From contig OZ253442.1 of assembly GCA_965261085.1 (NCBI GenBank), positions 416,001 through 480,000 on the forward strand: a stretch of DNA of 64,000 nt. The letters are read 5' to 3'. A program made the position numbers and the translations under genes. A model generated the notes under the pieces. The model ran no database searches and was not told the origin of the DNA. It saw only the letters and a program-made list of their open reading frames with translations. Source of the stretch: a bacterium (GTDB taxonomy: Bacteria; UBA8248). Positions 7,272 through 16,788 of the stretch are shown here, one piece after another. Every line of letters begins with the position of its first letter. Within the stretch, counting starts at the first letter, position 1.

Positions 7272-9602
7272 TTACCCTACTTCGACGCCTTTTTTGTGAA
7301 TAGCCATGGCGACACTCTCCGGTGTGATGGGCAGCTTGGTGAATCGATGACCGACGGCATCCCGCACGGCATTGGAAATCGCGGCCAACGTGGGCACCAA
7401 AGAACTCTCTCCCACGCCCTTGGCGCCATAGGGTCCAGTCGCATTGGCCGCTTCCACGATGATGGTGGTGAACTCGGGCGTATCCATTGAAACGGGAATC
7501 TCGTATCGCGCCAGGTCTGGTGTGAGCACGCGACCCTCATGAACGTCGATTTCCTCGATCAAGGCTTGTCCAAGCCCCATTTCAATACCCCCTTCTATCT
7601 GCCCAGTCACCCCTTGGGGGTTGATGGCCCGTCCCACATCATGGGCAGCGACCATGCGCCTCACCCAAACCTCTCCTGTATCCGGGTCAACCGCCACGTC
7701 CGCCACTTGTACGCCATAGCTGTAGACCATGAACGGCTTGCCTTCTCCGGTTTCAGGATTAAACGTCAAGGGTCCCGTGCTGAACCAGCCTTGGCCCGTA
7801 ATCTGCTTACCGACCAGAAGCGCCTGTGAGACCACTTCGCCAAATGAGAGATAACGTTCAGGTGCGCTCTTGATAAACACTCTCCCATTCTTGAAAGCTA
7901 CATCTTCCACTGGACCTTCGAGCATCTCCGCCGCCACGGGGGACAGGATTCCCCGAACTTCCGCAATGGCTTCACATATCGCATTGCCGGGAATCGTGGT
8001 GGACCGTGAGCCCGCCGTAAAACCACTCTCCGGAACGGCATCCGTATCTACCTGCATGATGCGCACATCCCCAAATCGCACGCCCATGGCTTCAGCCGCA
8101 ATTTGGGCGAGCACCGTGTGTGAACCCTGCCCAAGTTCAATGATTCCAACCCCCACCTGAACTTTTCCATCGTCGGTGACATGAACCTGAGCGCCACATG
8201 AATCCGAGGGCGATGCGGCACCCGTGGAATACCAAAACCCCGCCATACCACGACCATACAACAGGCCATCGCCGTTCGCGTTTTCTCTCGGATGCGGCCC
8301 GAGCGCCTTTTCCGCTTTATCGAGACAATCCATATAGCCCACGCTCTGGTCCAACACCTGGCGGGTCGCGGTGGAAGAACCGAGTTTATAGCCGTTCAAG
8401 CGCCTCAGTTCGAAGGGGTCCATTTCGAGCGAGAGAGCCAGTTCGTCCATCTGACTTTCAATCGCGAAATGCACCTGAGGAACGCCCAAACCGCGCATGG
8501 CGCAGGTATTAATGTTGTTCGTGAGCACGAGGTAGCCGTCGGCCCAAACGTTGTCGCATTCATAAGCGCCGGAGGAATGGATGATGAGTTTTTTAATGAT
8601 CCCGGGTCCTACCGCGGCATACGGACCTTTGTTGAGATATATGTGGATGCGCATGGCGGTGATTTTGCCGTCTTTCTTGGCGCCGATTTTGTGTTGGATC
8701 ACCGCGGGCACTCGTTTCGCCTTACCCCCCAGAGATTCTTCCCTCGTATAGTTGTAGATGGTGGGGCGACGTGTCTTAAGCGCGACCAAACCAGCCCGCA
8801 TGGCGATTTCGATGGAGGTTTCCTCTTTTCCGCCGAAACCGCCACCTGGTGGAGTAGCGATGAACTGAATCTCGTGTTGTCCCAACCCCAGCACCGGAGC
8901 GATGACACGCCTCACCATATGCGGGCACTGGGTGGGCCCGGTGCAAGTGATGGAGCCATCAGGATTGGGAACCACATACCCCGCATCAGGTTCGAGGTAG
9001 GCGTGATCGATGAATTGCGTTTCGTACGTATTTTCCAGAATTACGTCCGCCTCGGCGAAACCTTTCTCAACATCTCCTTTTCGAATTTTCAAGTGGGTGA
9101 GCACATTGCCTTTGGCCACCGGATGGTCCGGCTGGACAATAGGGGCATCACCTTTCAATGCGTCTTGTGTCTCAAAAACGGCCGGAAGCGTTTTGGTTTT
9201 GACTTTCACCAACCCGGTCGCGAACTCCGCCTGCTCTAAAGTGTCCGCCGCCACAATGGCCACGATATCTTGAAGTGAATAGATGCGCTTTTCCACCAAA
9301 ACCGGCTGATCCGGAATCAACATGCCGTAGAGTTTCTGGCCCGGAATATCCTTTGCGGTCAGGACACAGGCGACACCCGGCGCATTTTCCGCCGCGGATG
9401 TGTCTATTCGCTCCAGCGTTCCGCAAGCGATAGGAGCCGTTACCGGAACGACATATAGCGGATTGATCAGTTTGTGGTCCGCAGAGAATACGGGCGAGCC
9501 GTCCGCCTTGGGTGGACCATCCACCCGGGGCATGTTGGCGCCTATTAGATCCCCATCATCATCAGGCCCACCGAACATCTCTTGATAAAAACGTTCTGGC
9601 AT
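7272..9602 (-). CDS. Xanthine dehydrogenase family molybdopterin-binding large subunit
   Basis: HAYLEP, GGGFGGK, AMRGLG, ELGQG, TAGSR, GQIEGG, GAKGVGE with the catalytic Glu. Confidence 0.93.
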   Translation of the reverse strand: MPERFYQEMFGGPDDDGDLIGANMPRVDGPPKADGSPVFSADHKLINPLYVVPVTAPIACGTLERIDTSAAENAPGVACVLTAKDIPGQKLYGMLIPDQPVLVEKRIYSLQDIVAIVAADTLEQAEFATGLVKVKTKTLPAVFETQDALKGDAPIVQPDHPVAKGNVLTHLKIRKGDVEKGFAEADVILENTYETQFIDHAYLEPDAGYVVPNPDGSITCTGPTQCPHMVRRVIAPVLGLGQHEIQFIATPPGGGFGGKEETSIEIAMRAGLVALKTRRPTIYNYTREESLGGKAKRVPAVIQHKIGAKKDGKITAMRIHIYLNKGPYAAVGPGIIKKLIIHSSGAYECDNVWADGYLVLTNNINTCAMRGLGVPQVHFAIESQMDELALSLEMDPFELRRLNGYKLGSSTATRQVLDQSVGYMDCLDKAEKALGPHPRENANGDGLLYGRGMAGFWYSTGAASPSDSCGAQVHVTDDGKVQVGVGIIELGQGSHTVLAQIAAEAMGVRFGDVRIMQVDTDAVPESGFTAGSRSTTIPGNAICEAIAEVRGILSPVAAEMLEGPVEDVAFKNGRVFIKSAPERYLSFGEVVSQALLVGKQITGQGWFSTGPLTFNPETGEGKPFMVYSYGVQVADVAVDPDTGEVWVRRMVAAHDVGRAINPQGVTGQIEGGIEMGLGQALIEEIDVHEGRVLTPDLARYEIPVSMDTPEFTTIIVEAANATGPYGAKGVGESSLVPTLAAISNAVRDAVGHRFTKLPITPESVAMAIHKKGVEVG

Positions 9603-9686
9603 TACAAACCTCCGCTCATGAAAGACTTATGTTATCGATATGATGGAGTGAATTTGCATGATTGCAAAGAAACAAATGCCAATCGC

Positions 9687-10604
9687 TCAGTCTGATTCCG
9701 GTCCACCTTGCCTTCTCCGGAGCAAGCGTTCTATCTCATCAGCTACCTCGGAGCCGGGAGGCAACTTTCCCTCTTCTTCCTCAGGTTCTCCATCGAACGC
9801 ATCTTCAAAATCCAAACCTGGGATGTCATCGGGAATCTGGCCTTTTTGCATATCCTCCACATATTTGGCAATGCGAGGATCTTTGGCGATGATTTGCTCA
9901 ACTTGACCATCAAACTTATTGATGGCGAAATCGAAATCCTCCAAAGATATTTCAAAACCACCCAAGATACTCAATTTGTCCAACAGAGCGCGCGTTGCTT
10001 TCGGGTTGGATATGGATGCGATGTAGTGCGGCACATTCACCCACAAGCTCACTGCCGGAAAACCTTCATCCTGCATTAGCGTGTGGATGACACCCACAAT
10101 TCCTGTAGGGCCTTCATAGCGCGTTATTTCCACGCCCGAGGGTTCTACTAATGACGGATCGGTGGAAATGGCCATCAAATGGCTGGGTTGGGTATGCAAG
10201 TCTCCCGCGAGCAACGCCCCCATCGTCACGATCATCCGTGCACCGTAATGATTATTTATATCCAGCACATCGCCACTAAAATGTTTCCATCTCAAGTGGG
10301 GTTCGGTGCCGATCCCGACAATAAGATCCCGCGCAAGGTCTGGCGTACGACAATAGAAAAATTCGTTCGATGGCCATGTAATTCGCCGCTCGCCGGATTC
10401 ACTGAGTTTAACGGTAGGCCTCTGATCCGCAAACTGGAAAAAATCATCCGATTGGATTTGCGCCACTCGTTTTCCCTGGAAATGCTGAACCAGATAGCGC
10501 GCCGCCGCCGTTGCGGACTCCGCCGCATCGTTCCATCCAGAGAACGCCATTATAAGTAAAGGATCGTTGGCGTCCTCCACTTCGTGGAAAAACGTAACGC
10601 CCAT
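9687..10604 (-). CDS. PAC2 family (proteasome assembly chaperone-like) protein
   Basis: AFSGWNDAAESAT, EPHLRW, RYEGPTGIVG, SLWVNVPHY, VADEIERLLR match the actinobacterial PAC2 pattern. Confidence 0.85.
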   Translation of the reverse strand: MGVTFFHEVEDANDPLLIMAFSGWNDAAESATAAARYLVQHFQGKRVAQIQSDDFFQFADQRPTVKLSESGERRITWPSNEFFYCRTPDLARDLIVGIGTEPHLRWKHFSGDVLDINNHYGARMIVTMGALLAGDLHTQPSHLMAISTDPSLVEPSGVEITRYEGPTGIVGVIHTLMQDEGFPAVSLWVNVPHYIASISNPKATRALLDKLSILGGFEISLEDFDFAINKFDGQVEQIIAKDPRIAKYVEDMQKGQIPDDIPGLDFEDAFDGEPEEEEGKLPPGSEVADEIERLLRRRQGGPESD

Positions 10605-10827
10605 ATTCAACACCTCCATTCTGACATCGTATTTCTAAATTTTTCTATATTCAACCTGACGTTTTCGCCTTTCAACACCAAAACCGATGAAACTCATGGA
10701 GTCGTGGTTTCTTAGAGTGATCGGTATTTGCAGCCCCACATCTCTGGTTACGTCATACTTACCGTGGGATAGTATTTTGTTCTCACATACATGCTTCGAC
10801 CGAGTTGCCCCACCTTAAGCGGCCTTT

Positions 10828-12033
10828 TCAACCTCCTTTTGGAAAATCGCCAAATTCCGGCGGATAGGTGAACAAATTGCTCCTATGTCCTTCCAACCCG
10901 GGCGTTTCCCATGAGGGCGTTCCCCCTGGCGGGGGCATCTCGCCTCGTGCTGCGTCTTTTTGCAGTCTGCTCCATGCCGCTTTGAGATCCAGCGTGTGTC
11001 CTCTGAAGTAAGGCATCACGTATCGCGCGAACAACTCGAGTGAATCTCTTATTTTCTGATCGCCCACCCATTCATGCGTCGTGAGCATGAGACCGCCGAA
11101 TCCGCCGGTTTCCTCCTGCATTTTCTCGATCACCTCAATCGCGTCATCCGGAGTGCCCACCACCCAGTATCTTTGCTCTGCGGCTGTTTTCGGCGTGATC
11201 TCGGAGCGCGGCTGATCGGGATACGCCTCATAAGCAGGCTTCAAACCGATATCCATAAAGTAATTCATGTCGCGTAGGGCGAATTCTTCGATATCGGCCC
11301 AGGCCTTCTCGCGGCTTTCGGCAAGATGCACGTACGTAGTGATTCTCCAGTTCTCGCGCGATACTCGCGTGCCGTGTCTTCGAGCGCATTCCTCCATATG
11401 AGGCCATTGCTCGGAGAGTGAGAGGTTATCCATGATTTTCTTGCCGCCGAAGGAGAGCAATATCATCTCGTACTGAGCGGCCATATCAATCGCCCCGCGG
11501 CTTCCCGCCGATGCGATGGCAAGCGGCATTCTGGGATTTTGATAGGAGCGTACCTGGAGACACACATTTCTCAACTTCCAGAACCGGCCCTCATAGTCAA
11601 ATGGCTCGGGCGATTCCAGGAGTTTGACCATGATATCCACCGATTCGCGCAGCATCGGACGCAGATCGCCCGGATGAATGTCAAACAACTTGATGTCGCT
11701 CGCCAAATTGCTCGGGCCCACTCCCAAAATGGCGCGCCCTTTGGTGAGCTGGTCCAAAAACGCCATTCGTTCCACCAAGTGAAACGGATGATGATACGGA
11801 ACGCTAAGCACAGACGTACCCAAGCGGATTCGCTTCGCTTTGGCCGCAGCCATGGCGAGGGCCATCTCGGGTGCCGGAATCGTCTCCCACCCCCCGGAAT
11901 GGTGCTCTCCAATATAGAATTCATCAAAATCGAGTTCATCAACATATTCGATGAGTGAGATATCACGCTGATAGGCAAGCGATGGGTTTTCAGAGGGATG
12001 GTGAAGCGGCATCATGAAAAAAGAAAATTTCAA
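10828..12033 (-). CDS. LLM-class flavin-dependent monooxygenase (limonene monooxygenase-like)
   Basis: FFMMPLH, IGEHHSGGWE, IRLGTSV, AFLDQLTKGR, VVGTPDD, SLELFARYVMP. Confidence 0.9.
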   Translation of the reverse strand: MKFSFFMMPLHHPSENPSLAYQRDISLIEYVDELDFDEFYIGEHHSGGWETIPAPEMALAMAAAKAKRIRLGTSVLSVPYHHPFHLVERMAFLDQLTKGRAILGVGPSNLASDIKLFDIHPGDLRPMLRESVDIMVKLLESPEPFDYEGRFWKLRNVCLQVRSYQNPRMPLAIASAGSRGAIDMAAQYEMILLSFGGKKIMDNLSLSEQWPHMEECARRHGTRVSRENWRITTYVHLAESREKAWADIEEFALRDMNYFMDIGLKPAYEAYPDQPRSEITPKTAAEQRYWVVGTPDDAIEVIEKMQEETGGFGGLMLTTHEWVGDQKIRDSLELFARYVMPYFRGHTLDLKAAWSRLQKDAARGEMPPPGGTPSWETPGLEGHRSNLFTYPPEFGDFPKGG

Positions 12034-12145
12034 GTCGAGTCCCCTCCAATAAACTGTGAACAGGAAAATGAGGAATCCATCAAGTTATGATATCCTATTT
12101 ATGAATTTCCGGCATCCCGCAATCAAAATCAAAACTTTCCTTCCC

Positions 12146-12174
12146 TTGCCAACACTCTTTAATTCCTCCATTAT
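12146..12174 (+). promoter_or_regulatory. Putative sigma70 promoter of typA
   Basis: TTGCCA (12146-12151), 17 bp, CATTAT (12169-12174). Confidence 0.5.
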
Positions 12175-12226
12175 CCCCGCGCTTTGGACGCATTCCCGAA
12201 TATCTCGAAACCTGTTCGAGGGAAAA

Positions 12227-14032
12227 ATGGCTATCACGGAACGAACCGATCTGAGAAATCTCGCCATCATCGCTCATGTCGATCACGGCAAAACCACCCT
12301 GGTGGACTCCATGCTCTGGCAAAGCGGCATCTTCCGCGAAGGGCAAGAAGTGGCTGAGCGTGTCCTTGATTCAATGGATCTCGAGCGAGAAAAGGGAATC
12401 ACCATCATGGCGAAAAACTGCGCCATCGATTTCAAAGGAATACATTACAACATCGTGGACACACCGGGCCATGCGGATTTCGGCGGCGAGGTGGAGCGCG
12501 TCCTCTGCATGGTGGATGGCGTGATGCTTTTGGTCGATGCTTCGGAAGGCCCTCTGCCGCAAACGCGGTTCGTGGTCAGCAAAGCCCTAGAGCGAGAACT
12601 CCCCTTCGTCGTGGTCATTAATAAAATAGACCGCCCGGACGCAAGACCAGAACAAGTTCTCGACGAAATTTACGATCTGTTCATCGATCTGGACGCCGGC
12701 GAAACCCAGCTTGATTTTCCTGTGCTCTACGCCATCGCTCGAGAGGGCAAGGCAGGCCTCGAGCCCGACGCGCTATCTCCTACACTGGAACCCTTGTTCC
12801 ATACACTCCAGAACGCGATACCCCCTCCCTCATATGATGCAAATAAACCACTACAGATGCTCGTCTCCCGCCTCGAATACGATAATTACATGGGCCGTCT
12901 CTCCATCGGTCGAATCTGGAATGGGAAACTCAAAGCAAAAACCCAAACCTTGGTTTTGGGGCAAAATGGGATCAGGATGAAAGGAGAGATCGCTTCTTTA
13001 TTCGGCTATGAAGGATTGAGCCGCCACCAAATAGAAGAAGCGTGTGGTGGCGACATCGTTGCCGTAGCCGGCTTAGAGCACGTGGAAATCGGGGACACCA
13101 TTGCAGATGTGGACAACCCGGTTGCGCTACCAGCCATTACTGTAGATGAACCCACCATCGCCATGAATTTCAGGATCAACGATACCCCTCTGGCCGGCCG
13201 CAGCGGGAAATATCTCACCTCGCGCCAGATTCGAGAGCGGCTCCTGCGGGAGGCAAGAAATAATGTGGCTATTAAAGTCGATGAAACCGACTCCGCGGAT
13301 GCCTTGCGCGTCTCCGGCCGCGGTTCTTTGCAACTCGCCGTGCTGATCGAGCAACTCAGGCGCGAGAAATATGAAATCACCGTCGGCCGACCCGAGGTTA
13401 TTACGCGCAAAGAAAACGGCAAGACCACAGAGCCCATGGAAAACGTGGTGGTGGACGCCCCGGAAGAATTCATCGGCGCCATCACACAGGGTTTGGGCGC
13501 GCGTAAAGGAAAAATGACAAAAATGATCAACCATGGCAAAGGGCGCGCGCGGCTCGAGTTTTCCATCCCCAGTCGGGGCCTCATCGGCTATCGCAACGAA
13601 TTCCTCACCCAGACCCGGGGAACGGGCATTCTCACCCACATTTTCGCCGGATGGGGGGAATGGGCGGGCGAGCTTCCAGGCAGATCGACAGGCGCTTTGA
13701 TATCGGACCGCGCGGGCAAAACCACATCATTCGCGGTGGAAAACATTCAAGAGCGCGGAACTCTCTTCGTCGCACCCACAGAAGAAGTATATGCGGGAAT
13801 GATCATCGGCGAGAACAGCCGCGAACAAGACATGTTCGTGAACATTTCAAAGGAGAAGAAACTCACCAACATCCGGGCCGCCCATGCCGACATATCCGCT
13901 CAACTCATACCGCCCAAACGATTCAGCCTGGAAGAAGCACTCGAATTTTTGCGCGAGGGCGAATGCCTGGAAGTAACCCCCGAAATCTTCCGGTTGCGCA
14001 AAACGGAACTAAAGGCCAGAAAACACGCTTAA
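12227..14032 (+). CDS. typA: Translational GTPase TypA/BipA
   Basis: [66 protein letters not shown] at 12227. Confidence 0.97.
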   Translation: MAITERTDLRNLAIIAHVDHGKTTLVDSMLWQSGIFREGQEVAERVLDSMDLEREKGITIMAKNCAIDFKGIHYNIVDTPGHADFGGEVERVLCMVDGVMLLVDASEGPLPQTRFVVSKALERELPFVVVINKIDRPDARPEQVLDEIYDLFIDLDAGETQLDFPVLYAIAREGKAGLEPDALSPTLEPLFHTLQNAIPPPSYDANKPLQMLVSRLEYDNYMGRLSIGRIWNGKLKAKTQTLVLGQNGIRMKGEIASLFGYEGLSRHQIEEACGGDIVAVAGLEHVEIGDTIADVDNPVALPAITVDEPTIAMNFRINDTPLAGRSGKYLTSRQIRERLLREARNNVAIKVDETDSADALRVSGRGSLQLAVLIEQLRREKYEITVGRPEVITRKENGKTTEPMENVVVDAPEEFIGAITQGLGARKGKMTKMINHGKGRARLEFSIPSRGLIGYRNEFLTQTRGTGILTHIFAGWGEWAGELPGRSTGALISDRAGKTTSFAVENIQERGTLFVAPTEEVYAGMIIGENSREQDMFVNISKEKKLTNIRAAHADISAQLIPPKRFSLEEALEFLREGECLEVTPEIFRLRKTELKARKHA

Positions 14033-14036
14033 AACT

Positions 14037-14534
14037 CTAGCCATCCAGCGCCTTGTTCCACTCTGCAATCCTATCTTTTTGCGCTTCGAACAACTCCGAG
14101 GCGTCACCCCCGATCTCGACTTTCTCAATCCCATCACCCTGCTCAATCGTATCCACCACGTCTTGACCGGAAGTGACTCGCCCAAAAACAGTATGATTGC
14201 CATCGAGCCAGGCAGTGGGCACATGCGTGATAAAAAACTGAGAACCATTCGTACCCGGGCCTGCATTCGCCATCGAGAGAACGCCCGGACCGTCATGGGG
14301 AAGGTCGGGGGAACATTCATTTTCGAATTGATAGCCGGGGCCACCCGTTCCCGCGCCCAAAGGACAACCGCCCTGAATCATGAAATCAGAGATCACACGG
14401 TGAAAAATAAGGCCATCGTAGAAACCCCGCTTGGCGAGGTTCACAAAGCTGGCCACCGTCACCGGGGTTTTGTCTTCATGCAAATCGAGCCGTATCTCAC
14501 CCCGGCTCGTCGTCATTACGGCGGAAAGCGCCAT
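14037..14534 (-). CDS. Cyclophilin-type peptidyl-prolyl cis-trans isomerase
   Basis: [48 protein letters not shown] before ATG 14534. Confidence 0.95.
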   Translation of the reverse strand: MALSAVMTTSRGEIRLDLHEDKTPVTVASFVNLAKRGFYDGLIFHRVISDFMIQGGCPLGAGTGGPGYQFENECSPDLPHDGPGVLSMANAGPGTNGSQFFITHVPTAWLDGNHTVFGRVTSGQDVVDTIEQGDGIEKVEIGGDASELFEAQKDRIAEWNKALDG

Positions 14535-14653
14535 GAATTGCTCCTTTGGTATATTGGTAAACGCAAAGCACATCGTCGCTCATAAGTGCGCGAAAAATGA
14601 ACCTCAAGGTCGACGGCGAAGAGTAACAGAACCATCCTTTCGGGTCTAAAGTC

Positions 14654-15667
14654 TTACGGGTTTCCTTGCAATTCGAAAACCTCCGCCAAAAGCTCATAGG
14701 ATTTCACTCTGGCTTCGAAGCTGTACATCACGTTCACGATGATGAACTCATCGACTTTGTGTTCGGAAGCCAGGGTCTCGAGCCTTTTCTTGACTTGCTC
14801 CGGATCTCCCGCGATGGTTCTGCTGTCGATATCCTGAGCGAAAGCGCGCTCCATATCCGTCCACGGGTAAGCGAGCGCCTCCTCGGGCGTGGGTACGCCG
14901 CCTCCCTCGCCACGACGGCTTCTGAGCATTAACAGAGACCTGCTGGCCGCGTGGTAGAGCGCTTCTTCTTCGCTCGGCGCGCAAATTACAAAAACCGCAA
15001 GACTCCCCATGGGCGCTTTGAATTTGGGCGATGGTCGAAAATCCCTACGGTACATATCCATCACCTGGACGCTGCCATACGTGTTGATGAAATGCGCGAA
15101 AGAAAACGCGCAACCAAAATGAGCGGCGAGGATCGCGCTTTGATCCGAGGTTCCCAAGAGCCACATTTCAGGCGCCGTCTCTCCGGCAGGCATCGCGCTT
15201 ATCCGGGCGAAGGGATGATCCTCCGGCAACGACCCTTCAATCCAGCCCCGAAGGTCAGAAACTTTTTGCGGGAAATCATCATAGCGAAAACCACTCTGCT
15301 CAGGCGCCAAAGCCGCAGATGTGAGCCTATCGGCCCCCGGGGCGCGGCCCAAACCCAAATCAATGCGCCCCGGGTGGAGTGTCTCCAGCATCCGGAACGA
15401 TTCGGCCACCTTGAGCGCGCTGTAGTGACTGAGCATGACCCCGCCCGATCCCACGCGAATCGTCTTCGTCGTCGAGGCGATCTGACCGATCAAAATTTCG
15501 GGCGACGTGCCCGCGAACGCTCCATGGCTGTGATGTTCCGCCACCCAATAGCGGTGATAGCCCAGGCGCTCGGCGGCTTGCGCCAACTGGACGGTCTCAC
15601 CGATGGCGTCCGCCGCCGTTCCCCCCGAGCGGATGGGAGATTGATCCAAAACACTCAAACGAATCAT
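14654..15667 (-). CDS. LLM-class oxidoreductase (luciferase family group 1, YhbW-like)
   Basis: LSVLDQSP, RYWVAEHH, IRVGSGGVML, GRIDLGLGRAPG. Confidence 0.92.
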   Translation of the reverse strand: MIRLSVLDQSPIRSGGTAADAIGETVQLAQAAERLGYHRYWVAEHHSHGAFAGTSPEILIGQIASTTKTIRVGSGGVMLSHYSALKVAESFRMLETLHPGRIDLGLGRAPGADRLTSAALAPEQSGFRYDDFPQKVSDLRGWIEGSLPEDHPFARISAMPAGETAPEMWLLGTSDQSAILAAHFGCAFSFAHFINTYGSVQVMDMYRRDFRPSPKFKAPMGSLAVFVICAPSEEEALYHAASRSLLMLRSRRGEGGGVPTPEEALAYPWTDMERAFAQDIDSRTIAGDPEQVKKRLETLASEHKVDEFIIVNVMYSFEARVKSYELLAEVFELQGNP

Positions 15668-15707
15668 TTATTCAAGAACCAAGCGAAAGGGGAATTTTTC
15701 GGAAACT

Positions 15708-16355
15708 TTATTTTTTAACGGGTTGTACCTGAATATACTCTTCGAGATGAATGACACCTTTCGTTCCGCGAATAATCTGAAGGACCAGTTTTTTTTCGAA
15801 CTCCGTTCTCGCACGGCCGATGATATAGACCTTGTTTCGCACGGACTGCCAGCGGTAATTCACAGAATTCACGCCCTGGGTCGCCAAGAACTGGCCCTTG
15901 AGCTTGGCTTCCATCCATGCATCACTGGCGATTCGGCTGAGCTTGACGATATCGCGTTCCACGGCCGGCTTCGTCTTCGCTGCCGCGCGGTTGCGTTCCA
16001 CCTCGGCCGAAGAACCGAGAACAATATGACTATAAATGGCTTTGATTCTGGGGTCGCCCCGCGCAATACTCAAAACGGCTTCTCGTTTTCTCTCCGTATC
16101 CACCACGCCGGTCAGCAACACCCTCCCTTCCCACACGTTCGTATCCACATCCACCGGCAAACCGCTATCGACATACAAATACTCTCTCAGCAAATTCGCA
16201 TGTATTTTCGCATCTTCAAGCTGCTGGTCCAGAGAGCGATCCTCCAGGGCGCTCGTTATGCCCTTTTGGGCGACAAAAATCGCTCCAGGCACACATCCAT
16301 TCACCCACAAAGGCAAAAATGCTATGATGAAAATGAACTTGGTGAATTTACTCAC
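15708..16355 (-). CDS. Double BON-domain lipoprotein (DolP/OsmY-like)
   Basis: Lipobox-like VNGC; DRSLDQQLED, GRVLLTG, SDAWMEAKLK, VYIIG. GTG start at 16355 inferred. Confidence 0.8.
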   Translation of the reverse strand: MSKFTKFIFIIAFLPLWVNGCVPGAIFVAQKGITSALEDRSLDQQLEDAKIHANLLREYLYVDSGLPVDVDTNVWEGRVLLTGVVDTERKREAVLSIARGDPRIKAIYSHIVLGSSAEVERNRAAAKTKPAVERDIVKLSRIASDAWMEAKLKGQFLATQGVNSVNYRWQSVRNKVYIIGRARTEFEKKLVLQIIRGTKGVIHLEEYIQVQPVKK

Positions 16356-16586
16356 GAGTTCTCCTGGAGAGCGGAGCGTAACGAAAACACTCTTTATTTT
16401 GCCTTTAGATTTGCGCGGAGGCAACCACAAACAAAATGAAAACCCCATAGCACTCTCATTTCACTCCCAGCGGGATCCCGCTTTTTCGATTGCAATACCT
16501 TTTGAGAAAAAGCATCATGTATCCATTCTTGAAGAAATCGCCACGCTCTCAAATATTCATACAAACATTGTTCGCCAGGAGAAAAA

Positions 16587-16787
16587 ATGCCGATTTCAGA
16601 TGATTCGCTAAAATCTCGATGTGGCGATATATTTGAAGACTCCCTCGATTCCGAACGACGCGCCGCCATCATCGCCACAATGGAAAATATGGAGAAAGGG
16701 CACTCACTATTACGGGAGCATCTTTCGCCAAAAACAGAACCTGCCGGACATTCCGGATTCTTGCGCTCCCTCGCGAGGGAGAAATAA
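16587..16787 (+). CDS. Small 66-aa protein, candidate amidase accessory subunit (AtzG/GatC-like)
   Basis: AGGAG RBS before ATG; its TAA is 1 bp before the amidase TTG; contains a TEPA motif near the C-terminus. Confidence 0.55.
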   Translation: MPISDDSLKSRCGDIFEDSLDSERRAAIIATMENMEKGHSLLREHLSPKTEPAGHSGFLRSLAREK

Positions 16788-16788
16788 A

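Noticed and set aside
10683-10725. Imperfect hairpin (ACCGAT...ATCGGT) in the LLM-PAC2 intergenic region
   Set aside because: Short interrupted stem with no recognisable riboswitch or ribozyme core.
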